This document shows positions 51,609-64,000 of a stretch of DNA of 64,000 nt, in pieces. The notes below the pieces were generated by a model, which had not been told where the DNA came from, made no database searches, and saw only the letters and a program-made list of their open reading frames with translations. Source of the stretch: Mobula birostris. Its lineage: Eukaryota. The stretch lies in contig NC_092381.1 of assembly GCF_030028105.1 (NCBI RefSeq), forward strand, positions 60,352,505 through 60,416,504, written 5' to 3'. A program made the translations under genes and the position numbers. Positions within the stretch are counted from its first letter, which is position 1. Every line of letters begins with the position of its first letter.

Positions 51609-52990
51609 GTATGGACCTCACCTAAGAGCCAGCTGAACAATTTTTATAGCGTTGAAAGTGTTTCCAGCACTGACTGTATCATTTTGCCCCCACCATTGCT
51701 ATACTTCCACAGGTAGGGCTTTCCCTACTTGAGACACGATTTCAGTAAGATGTGGTGGGCCAATTGCTGCTTGGGAACAATCTTAAAATCCTTGGTAATT
51801 CATACACGTCCGAGTTGTGCAGCTACAAGAAAATAAATTAAAACCTTTCCTTTAAGAGTCCATCAGAACCAGGGAGGCTTTGCTGAGTCTTGCAGATTTA
51901 ATAAAGTCCTCCCCTTGCCCAGATGGTTCACGGGACATCCAGGTGAACAGATTCTCTGCTACTATTGGCAGACTCATTAGTCATTAGCAGACATTACCAG
52001 AAAGAAATTAAATTTCCACTTATAATTTCTAAAAAGGTAGCCTGCTTTGCAACTTGTTTTAATAGCTGCCATCAATACTATTTAAAATTCCTTAGCTAAT
52101 ATTTTGCTTATTTTTCCAAGGAAACCTGCTCTCAAGCCAGTCACTTTCTAACAACAAATGCTTGTGGATTGATATTTATTATATTGTCAGAAACATGGAT
52201 TAATAAAGTAGAAAGAAATCACTATATTTTAGTGCAATCACTGTCAATGTACTGTCAGAGATTGAATCCAACTCCACCAGGTGGATCCTGCAGTCAGCAG
52301 CTTATACATAACTGGGTAATGTGGTTTTATACTAGCTGGTGTTAACTGAAAATGGAATGCTAATCAGGAAATCTTTCATTAATGCCATGAGATATGCTAC
52401 ATTTAGTTGAGTCATAGGCAGTGATTTGGTTTAACTTGCTTTCCAAAAGAAGAATGAATTTGGAGAAGACAAGATAAGCAGAGTTTGTGTTATTGCAATT
52501 GATTGCGGTGAAAATCATCAACGTTGTGGGAAGCTTTCAGAGTAGATCCCACACATGGATCCCGATTTCTATCCTAGTGCTTGTACAATTCACATTGCCA
52601 TGTTACCAACATTATTGAAAATTATCTTTATAATTGCCAGGAGTGGGAGGAGGTAGAAAAATATGTAACTATCCGTACACAAGTGGTTTGGAAAGATACA
52701 AAAGTTTAGAATACGTTATACATAAAGAAATTAGTAATCTGTAGAACATATATTCATTCTAGAGAATCTTCCTGTTGATAAAACAGAATCATTCTGTTGA
52801 TAAGCTCCCTAATGGGGACTTGCCAAATTTCTAATCACTGCACGCTAGATTGGATACGAAGGCACAGTGGAGCAACATCCTGCTTCTTCTATTGTTCTTA
52901 ATACTCCAAAAGCGGGACACTTCTACTCTTCTTTAGAAAAATATAATTTTCTTATAATGAATTTGAGCTGTGGACTTGGGAATGACTTAC

Positions 52991-53063
52991 CCAAGAAATG
53001 AGTAATGGTGGGATCAACGATACAACTAAGGCTTATTCACTGGATCACAAGGCCAGTAGAAAT
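52991..53063 (-). other. Candidate 73-nt poison cassette exon of pde4b
   Basis: ttaactgcag|ATTTCTACTGG...CATTTCTTGG|gtaagt. After the UCR2 exon it reads DFYWPCDPVNKP then TAG. Confidence 0.35.
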
Positions 53064-53250
53064 CTGCAGTTAATATGTAAATCTCAAAAAAACATTTAAA
53101 TGACAGGGATGCATAGGACAATAATGCAAAAGGTACTAAAAGTAAGTATTTTCTGAATGGTGCAGCAATGCAGAGTAATTTCAGATTGTATTAACTATTT
53201 TAAAGGAAGCTCTTAATTGTTGAAACTATCAAATAATGTCTCTGCTTTTA

Positions 53251-53403
<153 letters not shown>

Positions 53404-54486
53404 TTATCACCAACTATTTTTATCAACCATTTCAATATCACTTTTGAATCAGATATTTTCATCAATTTATACATTCCTCAAGAGTGAAAGGAAATGTAAA
53501 TTTTCACATTTTTTGTCAGGTATTGTTTGTAATATTTTAACTGTGCTCTGTATAAACCTAGCTGATATTCTAAAATGCATTTTAAATAGGTTCATTGTTC
53601 TATTTTCAGTTATATAGGAATTGTTCCCAAATAATTGATGCTTCAAATTTTAAATATTAATTATGAATAAGGAAGAGCTTAGAACAGATGAAGTAGTGTT
53701 TGACTTGCATACAAAATTATTTACTTACACAATAAACAATGGTATTGTAATTATGTAGCTACATTGCTAATGAATTAGTTCTAAGACACAGCATTACGGG
53801 AAAACATATGTTAATCTTACCTTTAGCATTTATTTTAAAATGGTTGATAAAAATGGGTATTTAAAATTGTATTTAATCTATAGACCATATGGAAGCTCAG
53901 TTTTATAATTTCCCTAAACAAATAGCTGGATTTATTTTGATATAAAGTATGCAATCGTAAATTTAGTGAGATCATATATTAAATATTTTTCTGAATATGA
54001 TAGCAGCTTAATTCTCTATTACTCCATTATAAAATCTGAAATCTTATAACATATTTGTAAAGATATTTGTGATGACTTATAAAAGAATTGTAAACATGTA
54101 CTTTGGAACTCAGAATGTTAAATATTAATAAAAGAATAATAAAAGAACATACAGTATATTTGAAGATTTTTCTCATCCCCTTCACTGCACGGCTTGTTCT
54201 AATTATACATTATTTTTAAAAATAAAAACTTTTATATTCAAAATGTGATAGTGGAAATTCCTGGTCAGTCTCTTTTTGTTTCATTTATTTGTCTCTGCTC
54301 ATAAAGATAACATTTTAATTCTGATGAACTTTATTGATATTCATTTGAAATTAAATTAGCAAGTGCAATAAACTGTCAATATGGAAATAAAGTCTGAGGT
54401 TCAGAGGTTTCAGCATATTAACCTAAAGCCACGTAATCTCACAAAAAAAAGCAGTTTCAAAAGCATTTCATAATTAATTTACTCAC

Positions 54487-54534
54487 CTTGATATAACCCC
54501 AAGAAACAGACAGTAAATAATTTGCTTCAGGCAT
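54487..54534 (-). CDS. pde4b: pde4b super-short isoform first coding exon (PDE4B5/PDE4D6-type N-terminus MPEANYLLSVSWGYIK)
   Basis: Reverse complement reads gccaaaATGCCTGAAGCAAATTATTTACTGTCTGTTTCTTGGGGTTATATCAAG|gtgagt: 16 codons, phase 0, good Kozak context. It joins FKRMLNREL in frame and matches the known PDE4B5/PDE4D6 unique N-terminus. Confidence 0.93.
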
Positions 54535-54900
54535 TTTGGCCCAACAGAAGCAACAACAGCCGTGTACAAAATAAGTATCTAGCTGGTCAATTCCACACGC
54601 AGAGTTTCAACAGCAATGGTCACAATGCTTCATTAGCAGTTTAAATGTTTGAAGAAAATTTGTCCCAAAATTCAGTATACTCTTTCACTGACTGAGAAAA
54701 TCCAGTTCATGCAATAGTATCTTTCCCAGGATCTATCTGCGCATTTGCACTGACAGAACTGAGATAATGAAATCAGGGGGTCACATGGAACTGAGACCAT
54801 ACAAGTGTGTGCACTTCACAGCTCTTATGAATTATGAATAGCTTTGGTCTCTTCGCTAGAGGGGGTGGGGGTGTTACTTCATATTAGCCTCAGTATAAAG
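54535..54900 (-). promoter_or_regulatory. Putative promoter/5'UTR of the PDE4B5-type exon
   Basis: TE-free sequence directly upstream of a recognised first exon. E-box GTCACATG at about 54780-54787 and GT-box GGGGTGGGG at about 54862-54870. Confidence 0.45.
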
Positions 54901-55602
54901 GGGCAAAATATATCTATTGTCTGCAAGCTTACAGAATCTAGATCGTTAAAGCACAATATAGGAAATGACAGAACATGGAGGATGCCCAATACTTATGTAA
55001 ATTAGATGTCTTATTTATGTAAATCAAATGCAGATGGTGTCCCCATTTCAGTGGAGAATAGAATCTGATTTTAGCACCCTCCTACAGTACTGTCAGATAC
55101 TTTTCAACATAATGACAAATGATTAGGCATATTAGCAGTCTAAGATAGAGGTATGATCTGAACCAATCTTCTCAATTGTACAAAATAAGGAGAATAAAAA
55201 AGGTATTACAATGATTTACAATAATAATTAGAGTAATTCTATGAGGTTTAGATTTCTCTGTTGACACACAGAATATAAAATTAAGGTTTGTTATACTGAT
55301 GAATTCCATTTAGCTGTTTTTTGTTCAAGGAGTTATTAAAATTTAAAACAGATATATTTTCAGAAGCAAGTATTTTATTAAGAGGCTATTTGCTGATATT
55401 TGTACATGTGTAGGTTTTTAACTAATGTTATTTGAAACTATGGATATAGTGCCAGCAAGTAGAACCAAGTTACTGAGTGAGTGCTTAACAATGGTATCCT
55501 AATAAATCAGTTCCACCTTACTGAGATCACCCAGGCGAGACATTCCTAACTATAAACACAATGTTTTGTATGGTTTCATTAAACATTCTACAGAGAAACT
55601 AC

Positions 55603-55650
55603 CTTTCTCAGACAATGGAGAAAGTCCCAATATTGAAGAAACTGATACAT
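55603..55650 (-). CDS. Candidate alternative first coding exon of pde4b (MYQFLQYWDFLHCLRK)
   Basis: ATG TAT CAG TTT CTT CAA TAT TGG GAC TTT CTC CAT TGT CTG AGA AAG|gtagtt: 16 codons, phase 0, compatible with the UCR2 exon acceptor. Promoter-like motifs lie directly upstream. The donor is only moderately strong. Confidence 0.55.
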
Positions 55651-55699
55651 TGATGATTATTTAAAGCTTGTACTACAACCTGCACTCCCCATAACAGTT

Positions 55700-55795
55700 C
55701 TCCTTTAAATCCTAGATGAAGCACAGTGCCTGCATAAAAATGCTATTCACTCTGTGTCTGATTGGCTTTCAGCTCAGCTGCAGTGACATCACCTT
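55700..55795 (-). promoter_or_regulatory. Putative internal promoter: CRE-like, NF-Y CCAAT box and TATA-like element
   Basis: TGACATCA (55784-55791), AGCCAATCAG on the minus strand (55758-55767) and ATTTAAAGG (about 55702-55710), in promoter order and spacing upstream of the ATG at 55650. Confidence 0.5.
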
Positions 55796-56759
55796 GGCTT
55801 TCTCTGCACTGCTGATAAAGAGCATTAAAACATGGGAGGGCAGCTACATTAAGGAGCCCCCGAGAATCTTGAGCAAGTCAAAATAGCATCACAAATTGAA
55901 CATTAGAACTCCACTGGTATCATATCCTGTACTATTGCTCCAACTAGCTACCTAAAGAGTTCCTGCTATATATTACATTACCGATGAACAAAGAAGTTGC
56001 CTGGATTCTCATTTATTTTGCATAATAATTTAACTTGCATCTGCCACTGAATTCAAAGAAGCAATTGTTGTGAACACATAAACCAACACAACCTCTCCAA
56101 TGATCATGGCCAGTGTACCTTATGTAATAAGATTTAATAACTTCACTTTAATTTGTTTAAAGTTTGGTTTTAAAAAATCAATTGACAATTATTCTTATGA
56201 TCTCCATAGATTTTGCCTGCTTTCTGTGATCTCAAACAATAAAATAAAAAAAATTATGAGATTACGTACAGCTTCACAGGTGAAGGAGAAAGCTCATGGA
56301 GCTTCTTTTCAAGGGGTCACCAGGTATTAATCAAGAATGAAGAGAGGTATTTTTTTCCCCGCAGTGTCGTTACTCTAACCAAACTGCTCACCTAGGACTA
56401 TCTGTTTTAAATATGATAGTTTTCACTGAAAGGAGTCATTCAATTTGATAATACAACATTTCATTAAAACAACCATCATTAAAAATTTGACTTGGTCCTA
56501 GCAGAAGGTTTAACAGAGGCACATTTACAACATTTAAGACTACCCTTCAACATTACAAACCAATTCTGACATGTGTACATGCTAATGTTGAGGTTCCATT
56601 ATAGTACGTCAGAAAGGGCGCTCATCGGAAGACTGAAATGCAAATCACAATAGTGCCTGTGAAGAATACTGATCTATTGCCAGAGGCCAGTTTGCTTACA
56701 TTTAGGATTAAATGGGCAGATTTAATGCCGATAGCTACAGAGTGGTTAAATTACCGAAT

Positions 56760-57070
56760 AGCCATCTAGAGACCTCAGTTCTTGATCTAGAGACACAAAT
56801 TCTAATCCCTCAAACAGTAAATGGGGTTAGAATTCAAGTAATTAAGTGAATCTGGATCAAAAAGCTATCAATAATATTTGTGGAATAATTGTTTTGCCAT
56901 TTAGAACTCAGATGATTCACTGCTGTGCTTCAGGGAAGGAAATTTCCTGTCCAGACAAAAGAACTGTATGTTTTTGAAATCCGCCAATGTGGTTAATTCT
57001 TTATTACCACTTGGAAATAGCATGAAGGGCAGTCATGGATGGAAAATAAATGCCAGCATCATTCACATCC
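56760..57070 (+). mobile_element. Old degenerate SINE
   Basis: Contains ttcagggaaggaaatt...caatgtggttaattct...agggcagtcatggatggaaaataaatgccagc, resembling a common elasmobranch SINE as I recall it. Confidence 0.4.
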
Positions 57071-57633
57071 AATGAAACAATAGATATGGTAAATGTTTTA
57101 CAGCCTAGGGCTAATGTGACTGATGGGTCAATTTCACAAGAGTACAAAAAACCAGGGCATTCTTCCTGGAGTTGGAAACTCTGTTCATCCACACAGTCAA
57201 TAATCCTCCAAAGGTGTGAATGAACTGCTTCAAATTTTTCAAAAGATCATGTCACTAGATTATGATTAGGCCATTGCATCTTTCTTCAGTAACATACAGC
57301 GATTTGTAATAGAGCAGAGGTCTAATGAAATACCAGCTAAACAGTCATTCTTCACATTGAACCAAGACAATGAAGATCAACAATTCATATGACTCCAGAG
57401 GGAATCACAGAAATGCTCCATCTTGTCCTTACCCAATGACTGTAATTTCCAGTCGGAATCTCTGACAATACGTCGGTGTAATCCTCTAATTTGGCTTAGA
57501 ATTACGATGATGCATTGGTGTAAAAATTGCTTTACACAACTTCACTTTTATGAATTCCTCTCAAATGACAGAAAAATGCAGAGGATAGTTACTGTAGTAG
57601 TATTTTCCCTTCACAAGGATTTAACAGGCCCTT

Positions 57634-57937
57634 GGGGTGCCATGGTAGCATGGTGGTTAGCACAATGTCATTACAGCTTGGGGCAGTGGAGAATGGGAGT
57701 TCAATTCTGACATCCTCCGTAAGGAGTCTGTACGTTCTCCCCATGGAATACGTACATTTTCTCTGGGTGCTCTGGTTTCCTCCCACAGTCCAAAGATACA
57801 CCGATTAGTAAGCTAGTTGGTCATTGTAAGTTGTCTGGTGATTAGGTTAGGATTAAATTGGGGGTTAGTCAGCAGTGCAGCTTGAAGGGCTAGAAGGGGC
57901 TATTCTGCACTGTTTCTCTAAACAAAATAAAATAAAA
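57634..57937 (+). mobile_element. Full-length tRNA-derived V-SINE (HE1-like)
   Basis: A box TGGTAGCATGGTGG, B box GGAGTTCAATTC, V-domain gggtgctctggtttcctcccacagtccaaaga, LINE-like tail and (aaaat)n end. Confidence 0.85.
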
Positions 57938-58661
57938 TATTCCATTTCAATGCTGTAACTTTCATCCTTGTTGTTACAAAAAGAGTAAACTCAAGCATGG
58001 CTATGGCTTGAAAACAAATTCAAATTTATGAATAAGTTGTCAAAATCATCTTTGAGTGGTTGCATGTCAGATGTAAAAGACATCGTTCTAGACTGTTACT
58101 ACAAACCATGTATAGCAGCTTTAGATTATTCCATTCTCACTCAACCATTTTGTCCTTTTTCTCTTTTTTAAAGTTTGCTTTTGCCTGTTCTACCAAACTT
58201 AGAACATAAAATTTGTGTTCTTGTAGGGTCCTTCAAATAATAGCAGCTTATCAAATAGCTGGACTGTTAATAGTCCAAAGGTCTGTGTGGTCAGAGTCAG
58301 ATTCATAGCTTTAATTGTTGGAAACTGGGAACTTTGTCTCCAGAAGCTTAGACTGTTTACGTAAAAAGATACAGTATCTGAACAAATATCATATACGCAT
58401 GAAGTCACCAAAGTGGCAAAAAAAAACAGCATAAATGTAGAGAGCAGACAGACTTATTAAGAATGGTAAAGAAACATAAGAAGAATGATAGAAAGACAGC
58501 TAATTGGAATCCATTCCTCTACCTTTGATTTCTGTGAGGGACGATTTCTTCATCTGTGACTCATTGGTATATCTTTTTAGTTAGTAGGAATTGTTCCAGT
58601 GCTTTGCAAATCCTTTGTACTTTAATTACTCCTTAGTAATTAGGAATCTTTTTTCCAGATA

Positions 58662-59787
58662 TAGTGCCTTTTAAAATATTCAGCCCCCAACCCTTTGTAT
58701 ATATAAATGAGTACTACAACTAGAGGTGTTCATCAATTTAACTGAGAATTTTTATTTGTGAATCACATGCACCTTCCTTCCCCCCCCCCCACCAAAGTAG
58801 AGCCCACAAAACAGGGAAAAACTGTAAAGCGTGAAAAACTAAAAATTCAAAACCTGAAATGTGAGCAATTCAAAAGAATTCATCCCCCTTTGCTCAGTAC
58901 TTAGTTGAGCCATCTCTTGCAGCTAAGACAGCCAGTAGTCTTTTTATATAGGCTGTATTAGCTTTGCACAATGTGATGAAGCAAGATTTGCCCATACCTC
59001 CTCACACAAGACCTTCTTCCACATCTTTACAGCAACTTCTAAATGGTCATTTACCAAGTCCTTATGGGCAAAGATATATATTTTTTAAAGCCAAGGCTTC
59101 TTCCATAAATTCCTTTTTTTTTGCAAGGATTTGGAGACTGTGGAGCCATGAACTTCATCTCCAGTTGCAGCCACTGACTTCTGCAACACACTTCCAGTGA
59201 CTGTTGGTGTCACAGTAGCCTCTTTTACAAGTGCCATTCTTCTCTGATGACTAAGCTTATTGGGGCAGCCTGTTCTACTGTGGTTTCATATTTTTTCTGC
59301 TTTTTCATGATGGACTGGTCTGAGTTCTGAGGTGTGTTTGGTGCCTTTGAGATGATCTTGTACCCTTCCCCAGATTTGTGCTTCTCTATTATCATTTTCC
59401 TGACTTGCCTTGAATGCCCTTTTGGCTTAATCTGTTGAAAATCTACCATACTATTGAACCTTACAGACAGAGGGGGTATTTATTCAGGTGCTCCTCCAAT
59501 TTTCTACATAACAAATTATGTGAGTTGGTAAGGTAATATAAAGCATTCCACCTGAGGAAAGTTACCGTAGTAATTACAAAGGGGATGAATACTTTTTCAG
59601 TTTCACAATTTTGTTTTTTAATTGTAAGTAAATTTTTGGCAGATTTTGGAATTTTTCTTTTGATTTAACATGATGCTCAACATTTTGATTAGCTCAAAAA
59701 TCCTACTTTAATATATTTTAAATTTAGAAAATGAGACAGTAAAATGTGAAAATAGTTGTGGGGGCTGAATACATTTTCAAGGCACTG
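58662..59787 (-). mobile_element. Internally deleted Tc1 transposon of IR/DR type
   Basis: TA-flanked TIRs tagtgccttttaaaatattcagcccc / ggggctgaatacattttcaaggcactg. Inner repeats near 58875 and 59580. Transposase N-terminus HSRQVRKMIIEKHKSGEGYKIISKA. Confidence 0.88.
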
Positions 59788-60104
59788 TAGAAAACCACTG
59801 AGTTTTAAATCTGTTTTATGAATTTTGCTGGGGTGCCAATATTCCCAAAATTAAAATCATGAAGATCGAGTAAGGAGTAACTCCATTATCTTACACTGTG
59901 ACTCTTGAGAAATCAGCCCAGACGCTGTGGGCCAGCATCCTGTGTTCTATAGACTGTGTGTATGTTTGCAAAGCTGTCCTTTTAACTTCACTGATTATTG
60001 CCTGCCATTTACATTAAGTACTGAAGAGTGGCTCCCATTTACGACAAGAATCTGAACAAAGAATATTGGCTGAGCTTGGCAAAATAAAAAGATCCGATTG
60101 TCAG

Positions 60105-60485
60105 CAAGGAGGAGATGCTAAATCCAATCAGCACAGACCGCAGTCTCCCAGTGAGAAAGTCAAGGATCCATTTGCAGAGGGAGGTACAGAGGCCAAAGGC
60201 TTTGGAACATATTGATTAAAACTGAAGGTACGATTGTGTTGAACACTGAGCTGTAACTATAAATAACAGCCTGATCTAGGTATTAGTATTGTCCAGGTGA
60301 TTCAAGGCTGAGTGGAAGCCAAGGAGAATGCATCTGCTGCAGACCTATTGAGGCAACAAGCAAACTGCAGCAGGTCCAGGTCCCTGCTTAGGTAGGAGTT
60401 GATTCTAGGCAAGATCAACCTCTCAAAGCACTTTGTCACAGTAGATGGGAGAGCCACTGAGCGACAGCCATTGAAGCAGCTCACT
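60105..60485 (-). mobile_element. Rex1/Babar-type LINE RT fragment
   Basis: VALPSTVTKCFERLIL...DLLQFA...NRSAADA. Confidence 0.8.
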
Positions 60486-63484
60486 CTGCTCTCCCTGGGA
60501 AGTCAGTGAGGGGAGGGTCAGATGTTCCTGGCCCAAAGTACCATTCTATGGAAAGGAAATGCCTGGAAGCACCTCCACCTGAGGAAGGGACGATGGTGCA
60601 TGCAAATCCAAATAAAATTATGCTTAGAAACAATTGGAGAATTCCTGTCATTGGACATCATGACATCTCTTGTCAAATATGAAGCCTCCTGTTGATAGCC
60701 ACCTTAGTCTTCCTTAGTGATGAACCAATAATTTTTTTCCATGCTCACTATCACTTGGACAGAGGAGTGCTTGGGTATGATACAAAAGCAGTTTGAGGGG
60801 ACCCTAAAACATCTATCACTAAAAGAGGCTTAATATCAAAATTAACTCATTTCTAAAAGAACACATGACAAGGTGGAAATTCAGCAGGTGCCTATACTCT
60901 TCCTGTTATGGATGTATATATTGATAATAATATTATTAAAAGTAATTATTGCATAGAACCTATGCAAGTAACTCCTATGATCATATAACGATATCTATCA
61001 TCCATTCTCTTACACAGGACTGCCATTGTCCCATAAGAGACAGAATCAGGTCAGAATTAGAAAATCAAAATGGGTACCTAAAAGGAAATACTTGCCATCA
61101 GCAACCGGATATCGCCACAACTTATAAACTACTGGTCTGGTAGTTCATTCACTTTGCCAATAGATTAGGTACACTGACTCAAAGACCGTATATGAAGCTG
61201 GTTATAAAGGAGAACTAACAGGAATGTTTGTTGCCTAACCAGTGAGATTCACATGCATAGCAGCAATTTTGATATTCATATGAGATTACTTCCTAATTAA
61301 ATAAAACTGTTTTAACCTTGTATTTGCTGAGGCTGTGATTTATGAACATTTATAACTTTCCATGACATGCAAAGCATGAAGCAAGATGTTGTTTTATTCA
61401 TAATCAGAAAGGACTTTTCATGAGTAACAATACAATCCAACTTGGGTAACAGTATTATCCAATTTAAGCTGGGGCTATGAATGCACAGAACTGAAACCCA
61501 CAATGTTAAATTATGTGAGGTCAACTGAAGCTAATCCATAGGGGGAGCTATATCCATAAACTTCAACCATTACTTTCTTGGACTCCTGCTATATAATTTC
61601 CTATGAACGTTGTGATTGTGCCCCATTAAAATTTGAAAACGTTGAACCTATTAATGCACCCACAGACACTTCTAATTTCATCTGCAACTATTTCAATGCT
61701 ACTCTTGAGCGGCTGACATTATTGGTTTGATATTTTGACATTTTATTTATGCCTATCATCTACAGTATTTGGAGGTGCAAGGTGCAAATTATCATTATCT
61801 ATCAAACACAATTTAAGTAACTTGACAGCACTATCTGTCTTACTGCTCCAGTTATTACAAAGCTCAAGATAGAACACACCTTGTAAAATTGTTTCTGAAA
61901 TGTTGTAAAGCAGCATGACTAATCTTGGGCTTCAACTTGTCGGGAAAGAATCAAGTAGCTTGGTACAACCAGCAAAGCAGACAACTAAACTAACACTATA
62001 AAAGTTACACAAAATTGTTAAGGATTTAAATCATTTTTGAATGTATTAGTTTAAGCCAAAACAGTGGAATAAAATGGAATTGGAAAGGATCAAAGTTTAA
62101 AGAGTACCTTTCATTTCCCATTCAGGATATCCATATAGTTGTTGACGACATACAGGCATCATAGAATCAAATTTATGCACAAGTTGAAACAAATAGCAAT
62201 ATGATAGTGATCAGATATAGTCTTTCAATAATCTTAAGTAGCCATTTACATATGGGAGCACAATTCTCTTGTTTCCTTTGAATTATACCTGAAAGGAGCT
62301 GAAACCTTAGTTTAACTCTTTATCGAAAAGATAGCACCTGCTACATGTTACATTTTAGTGGCAACATATACATGTGTGCTCATATTTTTGAACTGGAACT
62401 CTAATATAAGAATATTTCAAAGAAGTAATCAGGAAATTCAACAACTTGAACAAATTTCCAGATGGAGAAGACAATCGGCATAAAATTATTTAAGAAACAA
62501 TTAGGCTCTGCATTTCTTTAGATGGATCAACAGAGGAAGGTCAACTGGCTTCCTCATCCAAAATAAATTAAGTTAGTTGTCACTACCTATTAGTATTTTG
62601 AGAAATTCTTTCCCCTCAATTCCCATTCTACAAACCTGTGTACCTGGACTGATTCAGCACGTTGTACATCATCTTCAATAGTCAACATATGACCTACCTG
62701 CATTCTTATTTACGCATCTGAACAATTTTCAAATGCAGTGCAAATTTCAGCTTAGAATACTTCTGAAAATGTATCCTTTCAAATCAGTTTAAAGGGAGTC
62801 AATGTCCTGGCAGATAAAGTAAGTTCTGTTATTTATACATGTATGTTTATATAGTTAATAGAAAAGATTAGTGTGGGAAGCTCTCAGTAGACTAGGGCAC
62901 GAACCTGCCATTTGGACTAACGTACAATCATTTAAATTCATGACCTGAATTGTCATCTGTAGTTATTCCCCTATCATTCAGCACATGCTCAAAACGTTTT
63001 CTCCCAAATGTAACTCAATTTATCACTACTTCAGATAGAATTGTGACATCAGTTGAAAAGCAAATGGAAAATATAATGGTTATCAAGATTATCAGCAGGA
63101 AACCTTGCCCTTTTTAACTGGGAATCACAACATCATGGCAGCATAAAGGAACTTCAGAAATTTAACATGAAGCAGACAAAGCAGTGAGCAAACACATCAT
63201 GAAAGTCAGGTTGTCCAAATCCGCATAAACAAATTTAGCATCAACGGAAAGATGGTTCCATCACAGATTCTTATGGATAAGATATCATTCCACGAATCTT
63301 TGGAAAACAATGTACTATATTTAGGAACAATCAACTAGTTTAAGGACATGTCAGAAATATTATTGCTTGTGGAAACAGATATTGTTGGTTGACAGACACT
63401 CAGACGTTATGCCAACAATGTAGCTTAATAATGAGCATCCACTTAAATTAATTCTTTAAGTAATGCCTTCGTGCAGATTGCTTA

Positions 63485-64000
63485 GACCGTAAGACATAGA
63501 AGCAGAACTAGGCCGTTTGGCTCAGTGAGTATGCTCCGCCATTTCATCATGGCTGATCCACCTTTCCTCTCAGCCCAGTCTCCTGCCTTCTGCCCATATC
63601 CCTTCATGTCTTGATCAATCAAGAATCAGTCAATCGCTGTCTTAAATATACATACAGACTTGGCCTCCACAGTTGCCAGTGGCAATGAATTCCACAGATT
63701 CACCACTCTTTGGTTAAAGAAATTCCTCTCATCACCATTCTAAAAGGACGCCCCTCTATTCCAAGGCTGTGTCCTCTGGTCTAAGACTCTCCCACCATAG
63801 GAAACATCCTCTCCACATCCACTCTATCAAGACCTTTCACCATTCAATAGGTTTCAATGAAGTCACCCCTCATTCTTAAGGATTCCAGCAAATACAGACC
63901 CAGAGCCATCAAATATTCTTCATTTGACAAACTGTTCAAACGCAGAAACATTTTTGCGAATACCCTTCGAACCCTCTCCAATTCAGCACACCCTTTCTAC
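63485..64000 (-). mobile_element. CR1 LINE 3' portion, continues past the window end
   Basis: Collinear with 19565-20090. Tail accgtaagacatagaagcag. Confidence 0.88.

Noticed and set aside
55517-55543. Another possible first exon MSRLGDLSK|gtggaa
   Set aside because: Weak donor and no separate promoter signature, so likely chance.
62200-62420. Possible DeuSINE-like remnant
   Set aside because: Only a short, diverged resemblance that I cannot support without a profile search.
62699-62718. Possible micro-exon ending CAG|gtaggt
   Set aside because: Poor acceptor and no meaningful reading frame.
55800-64000. Upstream pde4b exons (UCR1, the EESYQKL...MASNK exon, PDE4B2 first exon)
   Set aside because: I could not find them by eye. 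They probably lie beyond the window end.

Overview
Vertebrate genomic DNA. The repeat families suggest a cartilaginous fish, probably a ray (inference). The minus strand carries the 3' part of a cAMP-specific phosphodiesterase 4B gene (pde4b): nine common coding exons from the UCR2 exon (53379) to the stop codon (34322), all with GT-AG introns and matching phases. Upstream lies the super-short first exon MPEANYLLSVSWGYIK (54487-54534), known from mammalian PDE4B5/PDE4D6, giving a complete 511-aa isoform. A second 16-codon candidate first exon that I do not recognise (MYQFLQYWDFLHCLRK, 55603-55650) has its own CRE-like/CCAAT/TATA-like promoter. A candidate poison exon and a 17-bp inverted repeat flank the UCR2 exon. 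Positions 1-30000 are a stack of nested, decayed transposable elements: a sushi/Tf1-type Gypsy element with a self-priming signature, many CR1 and Rex1/Babar LINEs, a Tigger-like element containing a long palindrome, RTE-derived SINEs, Tc1 elements and Penelope-like fragments. Five Penelope-like fragments carry a minimal hammerhead-ribozyme motif, one of them in sense inside a pde4b intron. TE boundaries are approximate and family names come from motif recognition, not database searches.
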